64,000 bases of DNA from Alphaproteobacteria bacterium (lineage in GTDB: Bacteria > Pseudomonadota > Alphaproteobacteria > UBA2966). The stretch covers positions 992,001 through 1,056,000 of the forward strand of contig OZ219858.1 of assembly GCA_964291395.2 (NCBI GenBank), in the 5' to 3' direction. Numbering within the stretch: the first letter of the stretch is position 1; every line of letters begins with the position of its first letter. This document shows positions 1 to 10,598 of this stretch, one piece after another. Below the pieces are notes generated by a model, which was not told the origin of the DNA, ran no database searches, and saw only the letters and a list, made by a program, of their open reading frames with translations. The position numbers and the translations under genes were made by a program.

Positions 1-693
1 CTGCTCGGACAAGGCGTGCCCAGGGACCCGGCCACGGCCGCGCGATGGTTCGGTCGGGCGGCCAGACAGGACCACCCCATCGCGCAATACAACCTCGGCC
101 TGATGTACGAGAACGGAATCGGGATGAGCCGGGACGACGTCGCCGCGCTCGGCTGGTACTTCCGGGCCTCCAAGGCAGGGCACCGCAAGGCGGCGCAACG
201 GCTGGCGCGGCTCGTGGCGCGGGGCGCGCCGCCGCCCGCGAACGCGGATGAGCGCCCGCGGCTCGCCGGCGCGCAACGGGGCGAACCCGCGCTGCCGCCG
301 TCCGGTGATCCCGAACGCGCACGGCCCGGCGGCCTGAGCCCCGAAGAGCCGGCCCCCGCGCGAGATACCGCGTCCGCGGCCCCTGAGGAAACGCCGGATG
401 CGGGGCTCGGCGTTGCGCTGGATGCGGGCATGTCCGCTTACCGGGCACACGACTATGAATCGGCGTTCCGGCATTGGCTGCCGCGCGCCGAAAGCGGGGA
501 TTCGCATGCCCAGTTCTTCGTCGGCGGCCTTTACCGGGACGGTGCCGGCGTTCCCGTGGACCCGGTCAGGGCCTATCACTGGTGGGCATTGGCGGCGGCT
601 CAGGGACACCCGCAGGCCGACAGGCTCCTGGCTGGACTCAGGGCTGAAATGCTGCCCAAGGAGATCGCCGCGGCACGAGAGCTGAGCGAATAG
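1..693 (+). CDS. Sel1-repeat (tetratricopeptide-like) protein, 5' end outside window
   Basis: Sel1 motifs AQYNLGLMYENGIG, AQFFVGGLYRDGAGV; frame is open back to base 1. Confidence 0.85.
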   Translation: MLGQGVPRDPATAARWFGRAARQDHPIAQYNLGLMYENGIGMSRDDVAALGWYFRASKAGHRKAAQRLARLVARGAPPPANADERPRLAGAQRGEPALPPSGDPERARPGGLSPEEPAPARDTASAAPEETPDAGLGVALDAGMSAYRAHDYESAFRHWLPRAESGDSHAQFFVGGLYRDGAGVPVDPVRAYHWWALAAAQGHPQADRLLAGLRAEMLPKEIAAARELSE

Positions 694-816
694 GACGGTC
701 CTTCCTCGTCGGTTCGTGACGAAACCGGTCGTAACCTCGTGACGGTTTTTGACGGGTTTTGGCTTTCATGTAGGATACCGCCGCCTTTCCGGAGATCTCT
801 GTGTTGAGAGGAGTGT

Positions 817-1647
817 ATGGGCGATTCTGCGCCGCTGCTGGCCGGGAAGCGGGGTTTGATCATGGGCGTGGCGAACGAGCGGTCGATCGCCTGGGGTATT
901 GCGCGCGCCTTGTCGGAACATGGGGCGGAACTCGCCTTCACGTATCAGGGCGATACCATGGCGAAACGCGTCAAACCTCTGGCGGAGTCCCTCGGTTCTT
1001 CGATCGTCGAGGACTGCGACGTGACCGATGCGGCCAGTATCGACGCGGTGTTCGATACGGTCGGGAAGGCGTGGGGCACGCTCGACTTTCTCGTGCACGC
1101 GATCGCGTTCTCCGACCGGAAGGAGCTGAGCGGTCGCTACGTCGACACCAGCCCGGACAACTTCGCCATGACGATGAACGTCAGCTGCTACTCGTTGACC
1201 GCCGTCTGTCAGCGGGCCGAAGCCCTGATGGGCAACGGCGGCAGTATCCTGACCATGACTTACTATGGCGCGGAAAAGGTAACGCCCCATTACAACGTGA
1301 TGGGGGTCGCAAAGGCCGCCCTCGAGGCAAGTGTCCGCTATCTCGCCGCCGACCTTGGCGGCAAGAACATCCGGGTGAACGCGGTTTCCGCGGGACCGAT
1401 CAGGACGCTGGCGGCGTCGGGTATTGGAGACTTTCGGTATATCCTGAAGTGGAACGAGTTGAATTCTCCGTTGAAGCACAACACGACGACGGACGAAGTC
1501 GGCGGCGCTGCCGTCTACCTCTTGAGCGATCTGAGTCGCGGCGTGACGGGAGAGATTCACCACGTCGACAGCGGCTACCACGTCGTCGGTATGAAAGCCG
1601 TGGACGCGCCCGACATCTCCGTGGTCCAGGGAACCGGGAACGGCTGA
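817..1647 (+). CDS. fabI: Enoyl-ACP reductase (NADH)
   Basis: GVANERSIAWGIA, YNVMGVAKAALE, NAVSAGPIRTLAASGI motifs; GAGGAG RBS. Confidence 0.97.
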   Translation: MGDSAPLLAGKRGLIMGVANERSIAWGIARALSEHGAELAFTYQGDTMAKRVKPLAESLGSSIVEDCDVTDAASIDAVFDTVGKAWGTLDFLVHAIAFSDRKELSGRYVDTSPDNFAMTMNVSCYSLTAVCQRAEALMGNGGSILTMTYYGAEKVTPHYNVMGVAKAALEASVRYLAADLGGKNIRVNAVSAGPIRTLAASGIGDFRYILKWNELNSPLKHNTTTDEVGGAAVYLLSDLSRGVTGEIHHVDSGYHVVGMKAVDAPDISVVQGTGNG

Positions 1648-1730
1648 GATCGATTGCGATGGCCCGCGTTTGCGCGCCGGCGATTCAGGCGCCATCCACG
1701 ATGCCTTGACCCCCAGGACACTTTGACCTC

Positions 1731-2801
1731 ATGTCCCACAACACCTTCGGTCATCTGTTCCGTGTCACCACTTGGGGTGAGAGCCATGGGACGGCTATCG
1801 GCTGCGTGGTCGACGGGGTCCCGCCCCGGCTCCCCCTGGCCGAGCCCGACATCCAGCACTGGCTGAATCGGCGCCGTCCCGGCCAGAGTCGCTATGTGAG
1901 TCAGCGCCGGGAACCCGATACTGTCCAGATCATGTCCGGCGTGTTCGATGGCCAGACGACCGGAACGCCGATCAATCTGATGATCGAGAATCTCGACGCG
2001 CGGTCCAAGGATTACGGCGACATCAAGGACAAGTATCGGCCGGGACACGCGGATTTCACCTACCGGCAGAAGTACGGCATCCGGGACTGGCGCGGCAGCG
2101 GCCGGGCGTCCGCGCGTGAGACGGCCTGTCGCGTCGCCGCCGGTGCGGTCGCGCGCAAGGTGCTCGGGGACAAGATCGCCGTGCGCGGCGCCCTGGTGCA
2201 ACTGGGACCGCATGCGATCGATCGGGAGCGCTGGGACTGGGAGGCTACCGAAGACAATCCCTTCTGGTGCCCGGATCCCGGTGCCGAGGCGGAGTGGGCC
2301 GGGTTTCTCGAGTCCGTGCGCAAGCGGGGATCATCCGTCGGGGCCGTCGTCGAGGTCGTTGCGAGCGGGGTGCCGCCGGGACTGGGCGCCCCTCTCTACG
2401 GCAAGCTCGATGCCGACCTGGCGGCCGCCATGATGAGCATCAATGCCGTCAAGGGCGTGGAAATTGGCGCCGGTTTCGGCGCCGCCGCGCTCGGCGGAGA
2501 AGAGAACGCCGACGAGATGCGGATGCGGGGGCGCAAGCCGGTCTTCCTGTCCAACAACGCGGGCGGCGTGCTCGGCGGCATCTCGACCGGCCAGGATGTG
2601 GTGGTGCGGTTCGCCGTCAAACCGACGTCGAGCATCTCGGTTCCCGGCCGCACCGTCGACGAGCGGGGACGGAACGTCGATGTCGCGACCAAGGGCCGCC
2701 ATGATCCCTGCGTCGGCATTCGCGCTGTCCCGGTGGGTGAAGCCATGATGGCCTGCGTCCTCGCCGATCACCTGCTTCGGCATCGGGCGCAGTGCGGCTA
2801 G
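1731..2801 (+). CDS. aroC: Chorismate synthase
   Basis: [27 protein letters not shown] signatures. Confidence 0.98.
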   Translation: MSHNTFGHLFRVTTWGESHGTAIGCVVDGVPPRLPLAEPDIQHWLNRRRPGQSRYVSQRREPDTVQIMSGVFDGQTTGTPINLMIENLDARSKDYGDIKDKYRPGHADFTYRQKYGIRDWRGSGRASARETACRVAAGAVARKVLGDKIAVRGALVQLGPHAIDRERWDWEATEDNPFWCPDPGAEAEWAGFLESVRKRGSSVGAVVEVVASGVPPGLGAPLYGKLDADLAAAMMSINAVKGVEIGAGFGAAALGGEENADEMRMRGRKPVFLSNNAGGVLGGISTGQDVVVRFAVKPTSSISVPGRTVDERGRNVDVATKGRHDPCVGIRAVPVGEAMMACVLADHLLRHRAQCG

Positions 2802-2905
2802 GGGCCGGACCGGGGCGTTTCCGCGTCCGGTATCTCGGTCGATTTCGTGTCCCCTGGATGCCGGGGGTGTCGCTGGCAAGTGGAATTGTCCGGCGCTCTT
2901 TCGCT

Positions 2906-4678
2906 TCACGGGCTCTCGCGTTCGTCCTGGACGAACATCTCTTCCAGCTCGCGGGTCCAGTGCCTGGCCTCCTCGGCCATGCGGTCGATATCGTGCGCGA
3001 TCTCGTGCTGCTGGATCAGGTGCGCGGTATCGTGCTCGCGGAAGGTATCGACCGTGTGCCGGCTTTCGAAGTCGCCGAGGCCCAGCTCCATCAGGACTCC
3101 GTGGGCAAGCTCGAGGCTCGAATGGAACGTGTCACGCACGACGTGGGCGATGCCGAGATCCATCAACGCATAGGCGTGCTGGCGGTTGCGCGCGCGGGCG
3201 AAGACCGTCAGATGGGGGAAGTGCTTGCGCACGGCCCGCGCCGTGGCAAGCGAGCGCTCGACGTCCTCGATCGCGAGCACGAAGAGCACGGCCTTGTCGG
3301 CCCTGGCGGCGCGCAGCAGCTCCACGCGGGTCGCGTCGCCGTAGTAGACCTTGTTGCCGAAGCGGCGCACGAAATCGACCTGTTCGGCGCTGGTCTCCAG
3401 CGCCGTGAAGCCGATGCGGCGGACCCGCAGGATGCGGCCCACGATCTGGCCGACCCGGCCGAAGCCGGCGATGATGACCCGGTTCTCCTCTTCGATGTGG
3501 CGCTCGTACGCCGGCTCCGTCTCCCGCCTGATGCGGGCGTTCAGCCAGTCGTTCGCCTTGAAGGCGAGAGGCGTCGCCGCCATCGAGAGCGTCACCACGA
3601 CGATCAGCAGGTCGGCCGTGCGTTCGTCCATCAGCGAGGAGCCCACACCGACGGTGAGGATCACGAAGGCGAACTCGCCGCCTTGCGCGAGCGTCACGGC
3701 CGTGCCGCGGACGGTCCGCCAGCTCGGCGTGTCGAGGCGCACGATGGCGAACAGGCAGAGCGTCTTCACGAGCATGAGACCGAGGGCGAGGCCGAGCACG
3801 GTGAGCGGGGTCTCGATCACCAATCCGATGTTGACGGTCATGCCGACCGCCATGAAGAACAGTCCCAGAAGCAGGCCCTTGAAGGGTTCGATGTCGGCTT
3901 CCAGCTCGTGCCGGTACTCGGATTCGGCGAGCAGCACTCCCGCCAGGAACGCGCCCAGCGCCATCGAGAGACCGACGAGTTCCATCAGAAGCGCGACGCC
4001 CACCACCGTGAGAAGCGTCGTGGCGGTGAACACTTCATGCGTGCCGAACCGCGCCACGAGCCTCAGGACATAGCGCAAGAGATAGCGGCCGCCGAAGACC
4101 ACGAGCGCGATCATGCCCACTGCCTTGGCGACGCCGAGCCAGACCATCCCGCCCTCGGCGCCTCCGGACGCGGGCGCCAGCAGCGGCAGGAGGGCCAGCA
4201 TCGGGATCACCGCGATGTCCTGGAACAGCAGGATCGAGAACGACAGGCGGCCGTGGCGGGTCGCAAGCTCGTTGCGCTCGGCCAGCGTCTGCAGGCCGAA
4301 GGCGGTCGAGGACAGCGACAGGGCAAGCCCTGCCACCACGGCGGTCTCCAGGGGCAGCCCGAACGCCATGGCGAGGCAGGCGAGGGCGGCTGCGGTCAGC
4401 GCAACCTGTCCGCCGCCCAGCCCGAACACCGCCCGGCGCATCGCCCACAGGCGGCGCGGCTGCAGTTCGAGACCGATGACGAACAGCAGGAGGACGACGC
4501 CGAACTCCGCGAAATGGAGGATCTCCTGCTCGTCGTGGACCAGGTCCAGCGCCCAGGGTCCCACGATCACGCCCGCCAGCATGTAGCCCAGCACCGAGCC
4601 CAGCCCGGCTCGCCTGGCGAGCGGGACGACGATCGCGGCGGCGGCGAGAAAGATCGCGACCTGTTCGAGAAAAGCCAT
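2906..4678 (-). CDS. kefC: KefB/KefC-type CPA2 potassium efflux protein with KTN domain
   Basis: Multi-TM N-terminus, HELEADIEPFKGLLLGLFF loop, GFGRVGQ KTN motif; kefB versus kefC cannot be distinguished by eye. Confidence 0.88.
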   Translation of the reverse strand: MAFLEQVAIFLAAAAIVVPLARRAGLGSVLGYMLAGVIVGPWALDLVHDEQEILHFAEFGVVLLLFVIGLELQPRRLWAMRRAVFGLGGGQVALTAAALACLAMAFGLPLETAVVAGLALSLSSTAFGLQTLAERNELATRHGRLSFSILLFQDIAVIPMLALLPLLAPASGGAEGGMVWLGVAKAVGMIALVVFGGRYLLRYVLRLVARFGTHEVFTATTLLTVVGVALLMELVGLSMALGAFLAGVLLAESEYRHELEADIEPFKGLLLGLFFMAVGMTVNIGLVIETPLTVLGLALGLMLVKTLCLFAIVRLDTPSWRTVRGTAVTLAQGGEFAFVILTVGVGSSLMDERTADLLIVVVTLSMAATPLAFKANDWLNARIRRETEPAYERHIEEENRVIIAGFGRVGQIVGRILRVRRIGFTALETSAEQVDFVRRFGNKVYYGDATRVELLRAARADKAVLFVLAIEDVERSLATARAVRKHFPHLTVFARARNRQHAYALMDLGIAHVVRDTFHSSLELAHGVLMELGLGDFESRHTVDTFREHDTAHLIQQHEIAHDIDRMAEEARHWTRELEEMFVQDERESP

Positions 4679-4841
4679 TTGTGTACCCCTTCGTCTCGGT
4701 CTGCGCCGGCCGTTCCGTCCAGCCCGTCACCGAAGTCCTGTCGGACTCCTACCGGGACTGAGCGAGGCGGCGGCCCGGGCGAACGTGATGATACGGCCCG
4801 GGGATCGGTCGGTGGCAGGGCGCCGTCGCGCCACCGCGGAG

Positions 4842-5597
4842 TCAGGCGGCGGCGCCGAGCTTCGCCGCGACCAGAAACTCCCGGTTTCCTTCGGGTCCCC
4901 GGATGGGACTCTCCGAAACCCCCAACGCCCGCCAGCCGGATTGGCGTTCGATGAAGCCTTGAATCCGCTCGCATACCTCGTCGTGCAGGCGGGGATCGCG
5001 CACGACGCCGTTCTTCCCGATCCGGTCCCGGCCGACCTCGAACTGCGGCTTGATCAAGGCGACGAGCGTGGCGGGAGATGCCGCCAGCTTCATCGCCGGC
5101 GGCAGCGCGAGTTCGAGGCCGATGAAGCTGACGTCGCAGACGATCAGGTCCACGGGCTCGGGGACGTGCTCCCGTGACAGGTAGCGGGCGTTGGTGCGTT
5201 CCAGGACCACCACCCGGTCGTCCTGTCGCAGCTTCCATGCGAGCTGACCGCGGCCGACGTCGACGGCGTAAACCTTGCGGGCGCCCCCTTCGAGCAGCAC
5301 GTCCGTGAAGCCGCCCGTCGAGGCGCCGATATCGACGGCGACGGCGCCCGATGCGGAGAGACCGAAGTGCTTCAAGGCGTGCGCCAGCTTGATGCCGCCC
5401 CGGCTGACCCAGGGATGCGCCGCTCCCCTGACGGTCAGCGGCGTGTCCCGGGGAAACGCGGCGCCGGGCTTGTCGATTCGCCGCTCTTCGCAAAACACGT
5501 TGCCGGCCATGACCAGCGCCTTGGCCTTTTCGCGGGACGCCGCCAGTCCCCGCTCCACGAGAAGCTGGTCGACCCGAACCTTGGCGGGCTTTGCCAT
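4842..5597 (-). CDS. tlyA: TlyA family rRNA 2'-O-methyltransferase
   Basis: S4-like RVDQLLVERGL, VSRGGIKL, DIGASTGGFTD, LIKPQFE, GNREFL. Confidence 0.95.
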   Translation of the reverse strand: MAKPAKVRVDQLLVERGLAASREKAKALVMAGNVFCEERRIDKPGAAFPRDTPLTVRGAAHPWVSRGGIKLAHALKHFGLSASGAVAVDIGASTGGFTDVLLEGGARKVYAVDVGRGQLAWKLRQDDRVVVLERTNARYLSREHVPEPVDLIVCDVSFIGLELALPPAMKLAASPATLVALIKPQFEVGRDRIGKNGVVRDPRLHDEVCERIQGFIERQSGWRALGVSESPIRGPEGNREFLVAAKLGAAA

Positions 5598-5661
5598 ATG
5601 CGCGATTCTACGTCACGGTCGGAGGGAACCGGGAGAGACGAACGGCCTCGCCCGGGCGCTC

Positions 5662-5715
5662 GGCAAGGATCTCGAACGCAAGCGTGAGCAGCGCGGCACC
5701 GGAAAGAATGGCGGT
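5662..5715 (-). pseudogene. ispA: Short internal remnant of a polyprenyl (farnesyl) diphosphate synthase gene
   Basis: Translates [18 protein letters not shown], matching the IspA motif xAILAGDALxTLAFxIL, at the position where ispA normally follows xseB. Confidence 0.75.
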
Positions 5716-5984
5716 CAGGACAAGTCCGCGGGCTCCGAGGCCACATCGCCATCCGGGCTGAGCACGATCCTCTCGATTTTCTCCTCGGCGGCGCGGAGCT
5801 TGGCCTCGCAATGACGCTTGAGCTGGGCGCCGCGCGTGTAGATTTCGATGGACTCTTCGAGACTCGCGTCGCCCGCCTCGAGCCGCCGGACGATGTCCTC
5901 GAGCTCCGCCAGTCCTTCTTCGAAGCTGAGCTTCGCGATCTCGGCGGGGACGGGCGCGTCGTCGTCCGATTTCGCCTTCGCCAT
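5715..5984 (-). CDS. xseB: Exodeoxyribonuclease VII small subunit
   Basis: [18 protein letters not shown]...[11 protein letters not shown]...C; AGGAGG RBS. Confidence 0.96.
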   Translation of the reverse strand: MAKAKSDDDAPVPAEIAKLSFEEGLAELEDIVRRLEAGDASLEESIEIYTRGAQLKRHCEAKLRAAEEKIERIVLSPDGDVASEPADLS

Positions 5985-6051
5985 GCAACCTCCTGATTTT
6001 CCGGGAGTTTAGGCCCGGCGGCTGTACCGGACAAGGAAACGCCCGTGAGCG

Positions 6052-6107
6052 CGCGCTACGCGCCCGTCGATTCCAAGGACGCACGCCTCCGTCGGGCGGG
6101 CCGGCGC
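6052..6107. repeat. Degenerate direct-repeat copy of the HDAC gene 3' end (19882-19936)
   Basis: About 47/56 identical by manual alignment, including the stop codon. Confidence 0.85.
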
Positions 6108-6159
6108 GCGCGCCGGGCTCGAGGGGTGGGACTGCAGGCCGGGCCTCGGCGGAGCGCCT

Positions 6160-6975
6160 TCAGCGCGCCCGTCTCAGGCTGGTCTGGCTGAAATCGCGGT
6201 CCGTCAGATCGGTCCGGAACTTGAAGTCCGTCCAGGTCAGGAGCGTGCTCTTGCCGGTAAGGTGGTTGACCATCGACATTTCCGCCGCCCGCCAGTAGCG
6301 CTCCAGAAAGCGTTCGTACTTGCCGAGCGTCAGCGTCTTCAGATGCGCGTCCTTGCGATCGTAGTACTCGATTTTCCAGATGCGGAGCTCGTCCCGGTCG
6401 CGCCAGACGACCTGCCGGCGGTAGCCGGATCCTTTCTCCACCGGCACGGCCTCGACGAGCGTGCACGTCGACTCCCCACACGCCTCGTCGCGCAGATGGC
6501 GGTACCTGTACTTCTCCACCTCCGGGGCGCCGAGATCCTCATAGGAGAATTCGCTGCCCATGAAGGAGCCGGACCGGTTCGACGAGCTGATGCGCTTGAC
6601 CCGTTTCAGCGCAGGCAGGTAGAGCCACTGGTCGTCCGCTCCTTCCCGGTGGGCGTGAATGAGTAGCGCGGTCCCTTTGACGCCCCGCGGCTCGTCGAAC
6701 ACGAACAGGCTCTTGTTGCCGTCGTCGGCAACTTCGAGGACTTTGATCCGAAGCTGCCGCCGGCTTTCCTGCCCCTGCTTGTTGCGCAGCACCATGGTTT
6801 GGCTGGCCGTGAAGTTGCCGAACCCCGTGTCCCGTTCGCGAGCCTCGGTGGCGATCCTGAGGCCGGCTTCCTCGGCGCTTTCCGCGCTCGCCGGCGCCGG
6901 CATCGAGAGGACCGCCGGCAGGGTCAGGCAACACGCGGCAAACACGGACCAGACGAAACGGGCTCGGGCGGTCAT
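6160..6975 (-). CDS. Outer membrane lipoprotein-sorting (LolA-like) protein
   Basis: Signal peptide; DDQWLYLPALKRVKRI...SFMGSEFSYED motif; overlaps the MMPL gene stop. Confidence 0.9.
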   Translation of the reverse strand: MTARARFVWSVFAACCLTLPAVLSMPAPASAESAEEAGLRIATEARERDTGFGNFTASQTMVLRNKQGQESRRQLRIKVLEVADDGNKSLFVFDEPRGVKGTALLIHAHREGADDQWLYLPALKRVKRISSSNRSGSFMGSEFSYEDLGAPEVEKYRYRHLRDEACGESTCTLVEAVPVEKGSGYRRQVVWRDRDELRIWKIEYYDRKDAHLKTLTLGKYERFLERYWRAAEMSMVNHLTGKSTLLTWTDFKFRTDLTDRDFSQTSLRRAR

Positions 6976-9263
6976 GGCTTCCTCCGATCAAGAGCCATCA
7001 GCAAGGGTGGGAGCAGCAGAAAATCGGCAAGGAGGGCGAAGACGATCGTGAGCGTGACCAGGAGGCCGAGCGCCCAGCTGACCTCGAACCCCGATGAGGC
7101 GAACACCAGGAATCCGAGGGCCAGGATAGCGGTCGTGGTCCACAACGCGTGACCGACGGTCTGAAAAGCGGTACGCACCGCCTCGGAGGCGGAAAGGCCC
7201 TCGCGGCGGGCCTTCAGGTACTTGCTCAGAAAATGGATCGTATCGTCAACGATGATACCGAAGGCGATCGCGGTCATGACCGAACCGGCGAGACCCACAC
7301 GGCCGACCATATGGCCCCACAGGCCCAAGCTCGCGGCCGCAGGGATGAAGTTGGGCACGAGACTGAGCAGACCGACGCGCACGTTCCTGAAGACGACGAT
7401 CAACAGCAATGAAATGAGGCCCATCGCGATGATCGTGCCGGTGAGCATGCTTTTGATGTTCCGCTGGGACAGATGAGCGAAAACGATACTGACACCCGAC
7501 GCCTCGGACGCCAGGTCGGGCGCGTTGGCCCGGATCCATGCCTGCGCGCGCGCATCCAGCTCGCGCTGGCCCTGAGAGGTGAGGCTGCGGAGCACGACGG
7601 TCATCCGGGTTGCGGATTTGGCGACGTCTATGCGGTTGTTGAGGTCCCGGCCGAAGGGCAGCGAAAGCTCGTAAAGCAGCAAATATTGCGCGGAGAGTTC
7701 GGGATCGTCCGGCAGCCGGTGATAGGCCGGGTCGTCGCCGTGCATGTTCTTGTTCAGACGCTTCATGATGTCCGGAAATGCCTGGACATGGCTGACTTCA
7801 GGCTGCTTTCGGTACCACTCGGCGAAGGAATCGACCTTCTGCAGATATGCGGGATCGGTGACACCCTCTTCGCGCCCCGACCTCAGCGAGTATTCCAGCG
7901 TTTCCATGCCGGTCAGGTTTTCGATGACGAAGTCCGTGTCCTGTCGGAACTGATAACGCTCGCTGAGGTATTGCGTCCAATTGTCGGTCAGCTCGAGGCG
8001 GGGAACGCCGGTGACCAGAGCGACCGCCAGGACGGCGGAGCACCAGAGCAGAATCTTGCGGCGCGCGACGACGAAGGCGCCGAAGCGGTCGAAGAACCCG
8101 GCCTTTCCGGTGCCGGCGGGTCGCGCGCGCAACGGCAGGATCGAAAGCAGCGCCGGCAGGAGTGTCATGGAATAGACGTAGGCGCAGAACACGCCGAACG
8201 CCACGAGATTGCCGAGGACGCGGAAAGGCGGCGAGTCGGAGGCGTTCAGGCTGAGGAAGCCGATGACTGTCGTGGCCGTGGTGAGAAACACCGGCCAGGC
8301 ATTGACGCGAAGCGAGTCGGTGACCGCCGCATTCCGGTCCAGACCCCGGCTCATACCCGACAGGGTCGTCTCGACGATGTGGACCGAGTGTGCGACAGCC
8401 ACCGTCATCACGATTATGGGTACGCCGGAATTGGCCGGATTGAACACCGTACCGAGCCAGCCCGCGAAGCCCACCGTGGTGTTGATGACGAACACCAGCA
8501 CGGCGGCGATCGCCGCTGTTCCGAATACGGAACGTAGAAGGACGGCCGCGACGACCGTGATGATCAGGAACACGATCGGCGCAAGCGATTCGAGATCGTC
8601 CTTCGTGGCGTCGGCGAATGCGCGGTTCAGGGGAACGTCGCCGGTCAAGTAATAGGCGATGTCGGGATGGCTGGTTCTGGCCTCGTCGAGAATGCCGTCG
8701 AGATAATCGGTGATCTCGATCACTGCGGCGTCGGGGTTTTCGGGCAGGGCGAAACTGATCGCCAGCCCGGCCGCTCTTCCGTCGTGCGAAACCAGTCGCC
8801 CGGCAATGTCGACGGCGTTCAGCGCGGTCTCCTCGACCCGGGCCAGGTCGGCGTCCTTCAGCGTGCTCGCGCCTTCGACGAGCGGCTCGACGATCAACTC
8901 GTCGCCGTTCGCCCGACTGTGGGAATAATTGGTGAGCGAATCGACCCGGGTGGAATGAGGTGCGCGCCACGCTGCGTCGGTCAGTTCTTCTATGGCTCCC
9001 AGCGTCTCGCGGCTGAACACCGAGCCCTTTCGGGGTGCGATGGCGATCAACGCCGTATTGGATGCGCCGTAGGTATTCTCAAAGGCATTCAATGCGGAAA
9101 GCTGCGGATTGTCCTGGTCGAACAGACTGCGGTAGTCATTGGTGACGCTGACGAAACCGACGCCCGCCGTCACGGCCAGCATGATCAGCGCGGCGAGCAG
9201 GAGGACCGGCCAGCGATAGCGCAGGATGAAGGCGGTGTAACGGCCCAGGCGCTCAGCGGTCAT
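6972..9263 (-). CDS. MMPL/RND superfamily transporter
   Basis: Two repeated TM blocks, GIIVDDTIHF motif; start taken at MTAERL. Confidence 0.9.
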   Translation of the reverse strand: MTAERLGRYTAFILRYRWPVLLLAALIMLAVTAGVGFVSVTNDYRSLFDQDNPQLSALNAFENTYGASNTALIAIAPRKGSVFSRETLGAIEELTDAAWRAPHSTRVDSLTNYSHSRANGDELIVEPLVEGASTLKDADLARVEETALNAVDIAGRLVSHDGRAAGLAISFALPENPDAAVIEITDYLDGILDEARTSHPDIAYYLTGDVPLNRAFADATKDDLESLAPIVFLIITVVAAVLLRSVFGTAAIAAVLVFVINTTVGFAGWLGTVFNPANSGVPIIVMTVAVAHSVHIVETTLSGMSRGLDRNAAVTDSLRVNAWPVFLTTATTVIGFLSLNASDSPPFRVLGNLVAFGVFCAYVYSMTLLPALLSILPLRARPAGTGKAGFFDRFGAFVVARRKILLWCSAVLAVALVTGVPRLELTDNWTQYLSERYQFRQDTDFVIENLTGMETLEYSLRSGREEGVTDPAYLQKVDSFAEWYRKQPEVSHVQAFPDIMKRLNKNMHGDDPAYHRLPDDPELSAQYLLLYELSLPFGRDLNNRIDVAKSATRMTVVLRSLTSQGQRELDARAQAWIRANAPDLASEASGVSIVFAHLSQRNIKSMLTGTIIAMGLISLLLIVVFRNVRVGLLSLVPNFIPAAASLGLWGHMVGRVGLAGSVMTAIAFGIIVDDTIHFLSKYLKARREGLSASEAVRTAFQTVGHALWTTTAILALGFLVFASSGFEVSWALGLLVTLTIVFALLADFLLLPPLLMALDRRKP

Positions 9264-9422
9264 CGCTTCGGCTCTCGCTGGCGGAGAGGGGTAGCCGGCC
9301 TGCCGGATTGAGCGCAGGGCGGCCTGCACGCGGCGGGCTGTGGACCGCGTGGTGCCAAACGGTCGGTTCCTCGGCTTCCCGTCATCGCAGGGAGGACATC
9401 ACGATCGCAATGCAGGCGGTGC

Positions 9423-10598
9423 TCACCACGGGCTTGATTCCGAATGTTTTGCGTGATCGGGCAGCTTGTCGCTCAAACCCTCGTCGTCGTAGGACGATAT
9501 CTGGAGAAGCTGGGTAAAATTATTCGCCCGCACCAGTTGTTCCTGCTTCAACAACCGTTGAATGCGTTGCTTCATTCGGAAGAAGAACAGCGTCCCGAAG
9601 GTCGATGATTTGGGATACTGGTACTGATCGGAGAGTTCGTTGCCGAGCAGCGCGCGTGAGAGCCGATAGGCAAGCTCGAGAACATTTTGTTTCTCGACCG
9701 GATCGTCTAAACCGGCGACTCCTGGAATGGCGTTGATCAACGCGTTCGCCATGACTACCGAATCGGTGTCCGCCGGCGGCTCACACAGGTAGCCTATCCT
9801 GTATATCCTCTTTGCGTCGGCGCCGTCGGTATAGAGAATGGTTTCCGGAATTCCCATGAGAAAGCCGGTGTAGCGCCAGACGCTGAGAACGCTCTCCTGT
9901 TCTTCGGCGCTGAATCGGCCGCCGAGAAACGAGGTATAGTCCAACAGGCGGCGGGAGAAAATCGAGATGGCAAGGCCCAGGTTCGCCGCGCTTAGCGGAG
10001 TGCCCCAGGCTTCGTGGTCCCATTCGTCCGATTTTGCCAGCAGGTTCCTTACCCGGGCATGGACGAAGCGTACCCGCACCGAAGTCCTCCACCCGTCGTT
10101 CTCCCGGCACAGGCCGTTTGGATAGAATATTTCGATCAGTTGACGGTTGTTCTGTCGAAGCCGTCTTGTGGTCGCCGCCACTCGTCCGGTCATGTTGAAG
10201 GACTTGGCGATAAGCGTCGAGAACCCCTCCACCAGCACGCCCGTAACGAACGCGATGAGCATGAGATCCGCCTGTGCGTGGAAGGTTCTGACTCCCGGCC
10301 GGAAAGACTCGTGGTCGAGCCACGGAGGATCTTCCATGTTTTGGAAGAAGTCGCGCAAACTTTGGGGGGCGTCACGCAAGAGTTCGTGCTGATGCTTCAG
10401 GCCCGCTCCGAAGAAGCGATGCAGGTCATCCGCGGCGAGAGAGGAGACATCCTCCATCACCGGATCCAACACGGGATCACCGATGGTAGTGTGCCGGATG
10501 TAGTTGTCGGCGGCCTCCCGATCGACGGCGCGCGCCTTGGTGTAGCCGTCGGCATATGCCGATGGGACGTTCGCTATCGGCGGCGGAACGTTTGTCAT
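9423..10598 (-). CDS. MpaB/DUF2236 (Lcp-like) oxygenase family protein
   Basis: RVRFVHARVR, WDHEAWGTPL, WRYTGFLMGI motifs. Confidence 0.8.
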   Translation of the reverse strand: MTNVPPPIANVPSAYADGYTKARAVDREAADNYIRHTTIGDPVLDPVMEDVSSLAADDLHRFFGAGLKHQHELLRDAPQSLRDFFQNMEDPPWLDHESFRPGVRTFHAQADLMLIAFVTGVLVEGFSTLIAKSFNMTGRVAATTRRLRQNNRQLIEIFYPNGLCRENDGWRTSVRVRFVHARVRNLLAKSDEWDHEAWGTPLSAANLGLAISIFSRRLLDYTSFLGGRFSAEEQESVLSVWRYTGFLMGIPETILYTDGADAKRIYRIGYLCEPPADTDSVVMANALINAIPGVAGLDDPVEKQNVLELAYRLSRALLGNELSDQYQYPKSSTFGTLFFFRMKQRIQRLLKQEQLVRANNFTQLLQISSYDDEGLSDKLPDHAKHSESSPW

